23,016 nucleotides of DNA from a virus (lineage: Duplodnaviria; Heunggongvirae; Uroviricota; Caudoviricetes): positions 1 to 23,016 of the IMG/VR virus record IMGVR_UViG_2531839468_000018. One strand, 5' to 3'. The notes under the pieces were generated by a model. It had not been told where the DNA came from. It did no database searches and worked only from the letters and a program-made list of their open reading frames with translations. The position numbers and the translations under genes are program-made. Below are positions 10,188 through 17,048 of the stretch, piece by piece (the stretch's first letter is position 1; each line of letters starts with the position of its first letter).

Positions 10188-10404
10188 CCCTTCCCTTATG
10201 GCTAGATTGCGAGAGGTGCTTAACGCGATTTTCAGCGCCCCCCGATCTGGAAAATCCAGAATCCCCAAATATCAGCAAGGAATTTTCTTGCGTAATCAAC
10301 ATCGTTTTTACCTATTAAATCATTACACAGAAAGCCTTTCTGTAATGTCTCTCACTAAACTGTGAACCGCCCCGGGTTTCCTGGAGAGTGTTTTATCTGT
10401 GAAC

Positions 10405-11292
10405 TCAGGCTGCCAGATCATCGTTTCCGATGGAAGCATAATAAGCTTTTTCTGCTTCTGCCGGGGGAGTATGGCCCAGCCTTTCCAGCAATCGTCGATT
10501 GTTATACCAGTCCACCCACGTGAGTGTGGCCAGTTCCACTTCTGCACGGTTTTTCCAGCTCTTACGGTGTATTACCTCCGCTTTGTAAAGACCATTGATG
10601 CTCTCCGCCATCGCGTTGTCATACGAGTCGCCAGTACTCCCTGTTGATGCCAGTAATCCGGCTTCCTTAAGCCGCTGCGTGTAGGCCAGCGATACATACT
10701 GAGAACCTTTATCACTGTGATGGATTGTGCCGGACGGCCGACGGGCCCACAACGCCTGCTCCAGTGCATCCAGCACGAATGTTGTTTCCATGGATGATGA
10801 GACCTGCCATCCCACGATGTATCCGGCGAACACATCAATGATGAACGCCACATAAACGAAGCCCTGCCATGTGCTTACCCAGGTAAAATCAGCCACCCAC
10901 AACTGGTCTGGACGTTCTGCCACGAACTGACGGTTTACGCGGTCGCATGCGGCAACGGCTTTCCGGCTGACGGTAGTGCGGACCTTTTTACCCCGGAGAA
11001 CACCGGCAAGTCCCATAACCGCCATGAGACGTGCCACAGTGCATCTGGCCACTCTGATACCTTCCCGTAACAACTGACGCCAGACTTTACGCACACCGTA
11101 TACCTTGTGATTTTCATCGTATACGCGCTGTATCTCTTTCTTCAGCCAGTCATCGCGCTGCGCACGGGCACTGCGTTTATCCGGATGATGTCGCTGTTGC
11201 TGACAGTGGTAATACGTTGACGGGGCAATATGCAGTTCGCTGCATAGCGGTCCGACCCCGTACTGCTCACGCAGCTTATCCAGCAGCGGCAT
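10405..11292 (-). CDS. IS629-like transposase OrfB
   Basis: [40 protein letters not shown]... with DDE integrase core (..WVADFTWVSTWQGFVYVAFIIDVFAGYIVGW..HSDKGSQYVS..YDNAMAESINGLYKAE..). Confidence 0.85.
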   Translation of the reverse strand: MPLLDKLREQYGVGPLCSELHIAPSTYYHCQQQRHHPDKRSARAQRDDWLKKEIQRVYDENHKVYGVRKVWRQLLREGIRVARCTVARLMAVMGLAGVLRGKKVRTTVSRKAVAACDRVNRQFVAERPDQLWVADFTWVSTWQGFVYVAFIIDVFAGYIVGWQVSSSMETTFVLDALEQALWARRPSGTIHHSDKGSQYVSLAYTQRLKEAGLLASTGSTGDSYDNAMAESINGLYKAEVIHRKSWKNRAEVELATLTWVDWYNNRRLLERLGHTPPAEAEKAYYASIGNDDLAA

Positions 11293-11618
11293 TATTTTTT
11301 CCAGAGGCGGTCGAACTCCGCCTTCGCAAAATAAGCGGAAGCCTGGCGAAGGATATCGTTACTGCGGCGCAGTTCACGATTTTCACGCTCCAGCTCTTTC
11401 AGACGCTGACGTTCAGCGGTGGTGAGCCCTCCATCACCGCCCCCGGTATCCCGCTCATGCTGGCGAACCCAGACACGCAGAGTCTCCGGCGTACAGCCAA
11501 TCTTTGGAGCAATGGAACAAATTGTCGCCCATTGTGAGTCATATTCGCCCTGACTTTCCAGAACCATACGGGCTGCCCGTTGACGGACTTCAGGGGAAAA
11601 ACGAGTATTTTTAGTCAT
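11292..11618 (-). CDS. IS629-like transposase OrfA (HTH / leucine zipper)
   Basis: [61 protein letters not shown]...; ATGA overlap with orfB. Confidence 0.85.
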   Translation of the reverse strand: MTKNTRFSPEVRQRAARMVLESQGEYDSQWATICSIAPKIGCTPETLRVWVRQHERDTGGGDGGLTTAERQRLKELERENRELRRSNDILRQASAYFAKAEFDRLWKK

Positions 11619-11975
11619 CCTGTTTACCTCTTTCTCAGGGAGTTTAGTCTCCAGGATTCCCGGGGCGGTTCACTTTCACTAAACACGAGAATGATCGGTT
11701 TTATGTCGGATCAGATGCTAGAAACAGCACCACGTCTCACAAGGGCTGTAAGCGATGAAACCAGTGTTTATGCGGGTGCAGGTCAAAATATAGGCCAAAA
11801 TCCATTTAACATAATAATCGTAATATGCACTAAGGAACACATAGAACGCCTTGAATTGATGTATCAGGGGAAAAGTGATGGATTTTTTACGTAGGAGCAC
11901 GAGAGGGCTTCTGTTGACTTTTGTGTGCTATGAAATATAATTAAAGGTTTTTGTTTTTATCGTGTGATGTAGTGG

Positions 11976-12414
11976 ATTACACAGGGGGATAGATTAAATG
12001 GTGTTCTGTTTATACAGGTTTATTTGTTAGATCAACAATTTGGCATTTCTAAACAGATGTTTGAACGTTGCCAAATGTATTGACAACACAAGAAAAGGGC
12101 TTGCTATGCCACGCATTACACGGAATAAGGCTGTAAAAACAAAATAAATTTTAAAATTTGCACAAACGAGAAAACTCGTTCAGAAACAAGCAGAACAATT
12201 TTTAGCCAACAATTTCTGATGGTGCTCTGTAAGCCGCATTACACAAGGCTTTGCGAAAGTGATGTAAAAGTGAAGAAAGTAAGAATTGCACTTTAAGCTA
12301 CTTTTCATTGGATTTTTTAGTATGGAATTACACAGGAATAAGTTAGGGATATTCTATGATTTACACAGGGAATATAGGGGGATTATGGCACACACATAGA
12401 AAGGCATTACACAG
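11976..12414. repeat. Dispersed direct copies of a 9-11-bp motif ATTACAC(A/G)G(G); further copies at 10321, 12996 and inverted copies 12952-13075
   Basis: Copies at 11976, 12115, 12238, 12317, 12359 (ATTTACACAGG) and 12406; three share the extension ACAC(A/G)GGAATA(A/T)(A/G). Confidence 0.6.
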
Positions 12415-12498
12415 AGTGAGTGCTATGTGACAAATGGATGTAACGAGAGGTTACATTCAGCTATCTGAAATGCTCTCTGTAAGAAAGTTGGTAGTAAC

Positions 12499-12607
12499 GG
12501 TAGGTCATAGTGAGCTATGGGGTAGGTCACTGTGAACTAGGGGGGTAGTTCACTATGAGCTAGGGGGTAGGTCATAGTGAGCTAGGGGGTAGGTCACTGT
12601 GAACTAC
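12499..12607. repeat. Five head-to-tail 22-23-bp repeats (GGTAGGTCAYWGTGARCTAGGG), each with an internal dyad; iteron/operator/centromere-like
   Basis: Units at 12499-12520, 12521-12543, 12544-12565, 12566-12587, 12588-12607; immediately followed by a ~70-bp tract that is almost pure A/T (12610-12680). Confidence 0.8.
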
Positions 12608-13694
12608 AATAAGACTATTAATAAAACTATATTAGATTATTAATTAGATCATAATAATAATATTCTTTATATCTATATATATGATCTTTTGCCTTCCGGC
12701 GTTAGCTTCACTCTCTGGCAAGCAGCCTTACTCCGCTACCTTTCGGGCTTCGTGGCTGGCCCGTTCCGCTCACACCGAAAGCAAAGCGTTACTTTCTTCG
12801 TGTAACTATCGTTGGCGGTAACGCCCACGAAGAAATACTATTGCGCTGTGCGCAGAAGAGTAATCACCTAACCAATCATACTGATTGCTTACGTGTTAAC
12901 TCTATCTCTCTACTCTTAATTACCCTCCTACATTTAATAACTCTGTTATTCTCTGTAGTTGTGTAATTACTCGAAGAGAGAGCGGCTAAAGCTCAATTAC
13001 ACTCTGCTTTCCTCGTGTAATTTCACTAAGCCTCAATACAATTCCACTTTCTACATTCTGTAGTCGTGTAATTGTTTTCGGTGGAAAAGCCAGAGGCGAC
13101 ACCGAAAGAGAATTCTGATCTTATTAATCTTATCTATCTTAGTTATCTTACTTACTTTATCCACTTTATTATTAATAATAGCTTTATAAGCTCTGTGTAG
13201 CTCTCTGACGCAAGAAACAGCATTCAGGAAGGGAATCACCTTAGAAAAGTGTTCTTTGCGTCATAATGTGTTTTATGAAGGATTCAGAGGTGTTTCATAA
13301 CAGGAGTGTATAGAGGATACTTTAGGTAATTAAAAATAAGGGGTCTAAATGCTTCTCTAACAGCATTAAGCAGGGTAGGGAATGGAAACGCATTGCCTAC
13401 ATATATAATCTCACTACAGGGCTTTACAGAGCGTTTTATAAAGTGACTCTCTATCTTATATCTACCATTACCTTTTCATATACCTAACAAATACAAAATA
13501 AGCCCCTTAAATAAGCCTCTGGCGAGCTAAACAACCTCTACATAAGAGAATGTATTGCTTTTATCAAAACTTCGTTAGAACGTGTTTTAGAGCGTTTTAG
13601 ACAATAATGAAGAATAGCACTACACAGGAGAGCACGAATTGCTAAGAAAAAATGTAAGTGCATGAAAAAGATCAGATTTTTTATGAAAAGGGTA

Positions 13695-13723
13695 TTGACA
13701 AATGTTTCTTTATATGTAATAAT
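13695..13723 (+). promoter_or_regulatory. Sigma-70-like promoter (TTGACA, 17 bp, TGn-AATAAT) upstream of the early gene train
   Basis: Perfect -35 TTGACA at 13695-13700; extended -10-like TGTAATAAT ending 13723; first gene starts at 13834. Confidence 0.4.
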
Positions 13724-13833
13724 AGGTATTAGAGGGACAGAAAAACATTCTTCTCTAAATAATCAAAATCAATGCACTTTGAAGCCGTCAGGCTTGCAAG
13801 GTGTTTTTCTTTTAACTGAATAAGGAGTTTTTT

Positions 13834-14022
13834 ATGAAATGGTTTACCCCGGAGCACGTCATCTCGGCATTTAAAAAAGGTGAGCTAACACGCCACCAAA
13901 TAGTAATGAATCGTAATATGGCAAGGAGTCGAGGTTATCCAGAGCGAGCAGCTTGCTTCAATGAAGCACTCAAGATTATTGATGAATTAAGAAAAAATGA
14001 AAAAGAATCTGAAACAGAGTAA
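13834..14022 (+). CDS. Small hypothetical protein (62 aa)
   Basis: ATG 6 nt after consensus AAGGAG; first ORF of a co-directional train. Confidence 0.55.
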   Translation: MKWFTPEHVISAFKKGELTRHQIVMNRNMARSRGYPERAACFNEALKIIDELRKNEKESETE

Positions 14023-14041
14023 AGAATAGAAGGAGAAAACT

Positions 14042-14209
14042 ATGAGCGAAACCAAGAAACCAATTCCGCGCACTTACCTACACGTTGACCCTGAAATCTT
14101 CAAGGTTTTATTTGCTGAAGCCAAGAAAAGGCAAATTATGGTCAGTGATTTGATGTTAGAAATCATTACTGAAGCAGCAGAGAACATCAAACAAAAAAAG
14201 GGTAAGTGA
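14042..14209 (+). CDS. Small DNA-binding protein, probable ribbon-helix-helix (Arc/CopG-like) regulator (55 aa)
   Basis: ATG 14042, 6 nt after AAGGAG; MSETKKPIPRTYLHVDPEIFKVLFAEAKKRQIMVSDLMLEIITEAAEN: basic N-terminal strand then two short helices; below the ORF-track cut-off. Confidence 0.5.
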   Translation: MSETKKPIPRTYLHVDPEIFKVLFAEAKKRQIMVSDLMLEIITEAAENIKQKKGK

Positions 14210-14260
14210 TCCTCATTCACTTTAGTAGCGCATTAAGCGTGATTTATAAGGAGATTTTTA

Positions 14261-14950
14261 ATGATTAATCAACTAACTTTTACAAAACACTATGACACGT
14301 TTGATAATGTATCAAAGATTTATTCTGATAAATTCCCTCAAGGAAAAGATTTAGAACTATTACATATTGTGCTTTATTTTCGATTCCTTAGTTATCAGGA
14401 AAACAACCTTAATTGTTATGAAAGTCACGAAACATTAGCTAAGATTTTTAAGTCTTCAGCGTCAACAATTAAACGTAAGATAAACGATCTTAAAGAGATG
14501 GGATTATTAGAAACATCCCCACATCCTGATCCGTATATTTCATCTTTGATTTACAATGCTCTCCCTCTCACAGATGCACATATTACTCCCCCAGGAGAAT
14601 CATCACTCTCTGATCTTTCTGAGGCAGAAGAAGCACAGGAACAACCTAAAGGCCATAAACAGCCTTCTTTTGATGTTCTTGATGATTGGGATGCGCCTTT
14701 GCCGTGGGAGACGGAAGAAACACCTGTTTCATCAAGTGAAAAGGTAGCTAATGATAATGAGGAGGATGTGTTAGAGAATTTTGCCTCTCTTATCTGCCAG
14801 CAGAAACACACCAGAACAGGAGGGGCATCATTTATAGAATTTGCAAATTCACTAGCTTATAGACACGGGCTAAAACGACCAAATGGTATTGAGGCATATT
14901 TTTCTAAGAATTACCCAAATGTGTATGATGACTTTGATATTCCATTTTAA
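14261..14950 (+). CDS. Winged-helix DNA-binding protein, replication-initiator/replisome-organiser-like; acidic C-terminal half ending in an SSB-tail-like DDFDIPF
   Basis: ATG after TAAGGAG; N-terminal ..CYESHETLAKIFKSSASTIKRKINDLKEMGLLE.. is a wHTH signature common in phage O-like initiators; last residues YDDFDIPF* resemble E. coli SSB C-terminus DFDDDIPF. Confidence 0.6.
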   Translation: MINQLTFTKHYDTFDNVSKIYSDKFPQGKDLELLHIVLYFRFLSYQENNLNCYESHETLAKIFKSSASTIKRKINDLKEMGLLETSPHPDPYISSLIYNALPLTDAHITPPGESSLSDLSEAEEAQEQPKGHKQPSFDVLDDWDAPLPWETEETPVSSSEKVANDNEEDVLENFASLICQQKHTRTGGASFIEFANSLAYRHGLKRPNGIEAYFSKNYPNVYDDFDIPF

Positions 14951-14961
14951 TAAGGAGGGTT

Positions 14962-15240
14962 ATGATTCAATATTTAGTAAAAAATCAAGTAGACAGAATT
15001 CAGTGTAATGACACAGGAAAACGCATCTACGAAACACTTGCTTACCTCTATAAAGGAAAGCCAACACCGCTAAAATATAGCGATGTGTTACACCGAGCAG
15101 GGTGCTCTGAAGATGGTTTAAAATTCTGGCTGAAACAGCTATCAAATTTCGGTGTTATAGAGATTAAAGAATTATCTTTCTCTACATTCAATCTCAAAAG
15201 ACTGGATAAAGAAATAGTATTCATCTATTCCACTCTCTAA
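14962..15240 (+). CDS. Hypothetical protein (92 aa), possible small wHTH
   Basis: ATG after AAGGAGGG; ..KYSDVLHRAGCSEDGLKFWLKQLSNFGVIEI.. Confidence 0.5.
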   Translation: MIQYLVKNQVDRIQCNDTGKRIYETLAYLYKGKPTPLKYSDVLHRAGCSEDGLKFWLKQLSNFGVIEIKELSFSTFNLKRLDKEIVFIYSTL

Positions 15241-15372
15241 AATCTCTCTATGTAATTAAAATATAAAAGGAAAACATTATTATGATAGTAGCTATGTATT
15301 GGTTATTGTTCTTTCTCACGTTAGAAACATATTTCGGGGTGTTTTCCTTTAAAAGAAAAGGAAAAGTAAATA

Positions 15373-15780
15373 ATGGCAAAAAGAAAAAACAACGTTGTTA
15401 AGAAAATCGGTGATTCAGCTTCTCTTCTAAGTAAACCTAAATCTATTCTAAGACGTAAAGACTTTAAAGAGCTAGTTACGCTCTCCAAGCAAAATAGCGC
15501 CCCTGGCGAATGGAAAACAGAGATCATAGAACATTCTCCCTCTGTGCCTTGTGGAGATGAATTTAACGCCTTACAAGAAATCTTATCTTCAACACCTGGC
15601 GTATTCTGGAAACCTAGAAAAAGAAAAGAGTATATTGTTGATAGCTCTGATTTACGCAAATACCAGATTTTAGGATTTGAAGACTATAACCACTACGTTG
15701 GTTATCTCGCCACCAATGGCCTAAATAATTTAGTTCCTGAATTCCATTTAGATAATGATGATCACTATGGAGACTTTTAA
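15373..15780 (+). CDS. Hypothetical protein (135 aa), basic N-terminus
   Basis: ORF with ATG start in the co-directional train; MAKRKNNVVKKIGDSASLLSKPKSILRRK... Confidence 0.5.
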   Translation: MAKRKNNVVKKIGDSASLLSKPKSILRRKDFKELVTLSKQNSAPGEWKTEIIEHSPSVPCGDEFNALQEILSSTPGVFWKPRKRKEYIVDSSDLRKYQILGFEDYNHYVGYLATNGLNNLVPEFHLDNDDHYGDF

Positions 15781-15781
15781 T

Positions 15782-16117
15782 ATGAACAAAAACACGTATG
15801 ACACAATTTATTCACTAATTAATTATTATGAGGATGATTACCTCCTGCCTTTAAACCGTGCTGAACTTGAAGCACACAAAAACTCCACGCCAGCGGCACT
15901 AAATGAGGCGTTTAAACACTGGGATTTAGCTGTGAATGCCTTTGAGATGCTCTGTAAGCGTGTAGAGATGCTCTGTAAGCGTGAAAACGCATACCTGACA
16001 GCCGATCAGATATGGGAGCTATCAAACTGGATAGAAGATATTGAATCTGATGTTCGCTATGTGGGAGATGGCCTTATCGAACTCGCTCAACGCTTAGCCG
16101 TTATCACAGAAGAATAA
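15782..16117 (+). CDS. Hypothetical protein (~111 aa) containing an in-frame 21-bp tandem duplication
   Basis: ORF track 15755-16117; preferred start ATG 15782, 8 nt after GGAGA; duplicated EMLCKRV/EMLCKRE from GAGATGCTCTGTAAGCGTG x2 at 15944-15983. Confidence 0.5.
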   Translation: MNKNTYDTIYSLINYYEDDYLLPLNRAELEAHKNSTPAALNEAFKHWDLAVNAFEMLCKRVEMLCKRENAYLTADQIWELSNWIEDIESDVRYVGDGLIELAQRLAVITEE

Positions 16118-16144
16118 AAAAGCAACAAAAAGTTGTAAAATATC

Positions 16145-16173
16145 TTGACATTTCATCTATTGTATGTTAATAT
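16145..16173 (+). promoter_or_regulatory. Strong sigma-70-like promoter (TTGACA, 17 bp, TGn-TAATAT) heading a ~200-nt leader
   Basis: Perfect -35 at 16145-16150, extended -10 TGTTAATAT at 16165-16173; same architecture as the 13695 promoter. Confidence 0.5.
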
Positions 16174-16306
16174 AATTATATAGGGTGATTATTTTTCCTT
16201 TATTGGTTCGATATTAAAAATTCTTCTTGTCGTTAAAGGGGAGTAAAATCTCCGCTCCCCGCTTCTCCTCCTCCTTAAGTGTCATTATTACCTCTTTTTT
16301 CCTTTG

Positions 16307-16334
16307 TTATGCATACATCTTGGAGTATGCATAA
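16307..16334. promoter_or_regulatory. Perfect 9-bp inverted repeat TTATGCATA-N10-TATGCATAA (operator-like)
   Basis: Arms 16307-16315 and 16326-16334, in the leader between promoter and terminator. Confidence 0.4.
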
Positions 16335-16365
16335 CATAGGGTAATTACATAGGTACAAGTTAATA

Positions 16366-16399
16366 AAAGGCGGCTCTAAATGCTGCCTTTTATTTTGCC
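16366..16399 (+). terminator. Intrinsic terminator inside the leader (tR'-like)
   Basis: Stem AAAGGCGGC / GCUGCCUUU (one G-U pair), 7-nt loop, then TTTTATTTT. Confidence 0.6.
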
Positions 16400-16404
16400 C
16401 GTTA

Positions 16405-16422
16405 TACAACTTAAAAGTTGTA
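16405..16422. promoter_or_regulatory. Perfect palindrome TACAACTT-AA-AAGTTGTA (operator-like) just upstream of the late genes
   Basis: 8-bp arms with 2-bp spacer, 37 bp before ATG 16459. Confidence 0.4.
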
Positions 16423-16458
16423 TTTCTTACTTTAAACAAGGTAACAAGGTTTATATAA

Positions 16459-16671
16459 ATGTTGTTCTTAAATGATAAAGAGCAAATCATCAAGTATCGC
16501 GATGAAATGCTAAAGATCAATCCACAAATTACCGAAATGGTAGCTAAATACGCTGGGTGTTCTGTCGAGGAAGTAGAAAGATGTGTTGAAAAATATTTTT
16601 CTCCTTCTTCTCCGTCTACACCTTCCCTTAATGAATTAATCAAATTAAAAGCTAAGGAGATTACTAAATGA
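16459..16671 (+). CDS. Hypothetical protein (70 aa)
   Basis: First ORF after the leader terminator; stop overlaps the next start (ATGA). Confidence 0.5.
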   Translation: MLFLNDKEQIIKYRDEMLKINPQITEMVAKYAGCSVEEVERCVEKYFSPSSPSTPSLNELIKLKAKEITK

Positions 16672-17030
16672 TTATTGATTTAGACACTCTGTTTCCAGTT
16701 CGAAAGACTTTCACAGATATTGTAAGTTATTGTACTGATCCGTTTGCCTCTGTAGAAAACAAGGTTTTTGCTTCTCTTCCTGCTGATGTTGAATGCGGAG
16801 ACTTGATCACCAGCACGGGCGCTAAATATGTATCAGGAGATGATATCTATGTTGTTATGAGTGAATTTTTAACGGCTGGAGCAAACAAGCCTGTAGATGT
16901 TTTACGTAGCAATGCTGGGCTTGTATGCATTAAAGCTGATGCGCTGAATGCTGTAAGTGAAGCAGCAAAAACAGCATTAATTAAAAAAGGCTTCCAGCTT
17001 GAAGGGTTCCATTCTGTTTTCACTTCTTAA
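16668..17030 (+). CDS. Hypothetical protein (120 aa)
   Basis: ATG after TAAGGAG; translationally coupled to the preceding ORF. Confidence 0.55.
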   Translation: MIIDLDTLFPVRKTFTDIVSYCTDPFASVENKVFASLPADVECGDLITSTGAKYVSGDDIYVVMSEFLTAGANKPVDVLRSNAGLVCIKADALNAVSEAAKTALIKKGFQLEGFHSVFTS

Positions 17031-17048
17031 TAAAAGGAATAATAATAA

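Larger units (their letters stand above)
10363..11672 (-). mobile_element. IS3-family insertion sequence, IS629/IS1203-like, 1310 bp, inserted in non-coding repeat-rich DNA
   Basis: Terminal inverted repeats TGAACCGCCCCGGG at 10363 and the inverse at 11672; two overlapping ORFs on the minus strand; flanking triplets CTG vs CTT (no perfect 3-bp duplication). Confidence 0.85.

Noticed and set aside
12499-12607. Tandem 22-bp repeats as a CRISPR array
   Set aside because: Units are contiguous with no spacers, too short for CRISPR repeats, and no cas genes are present in the window.
12499-12680. Tandem repeats as a type III toxin-antitoxin RNA antitoxin (ToxI-like)
   Set aside because: No toxin-sized ORF follows the array (next ORF is 1.2 kb away), and the repeat unit (22 nt) is shorter than known ToxI-type repeats; kept only as iteron/operator/centromere candidate.
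12680-13130. Retron msr/msd non-coding RNA
   Set aside because: Inverted repeats are present but no reverse-transcriptase ORF (no YADD-containing frame) exists anywhere in the window.
13662-13824. 53-aa ORF (MKKIRFFMKRVLTNVSLYVIIGI...) overlapping the 13695 promoter
   Set aside because: It overlaps the predicted promoter and ribosome-binding site of the next gene and has no ribosome-binding site of its own; likely fortuitous in AT-rich DNA.
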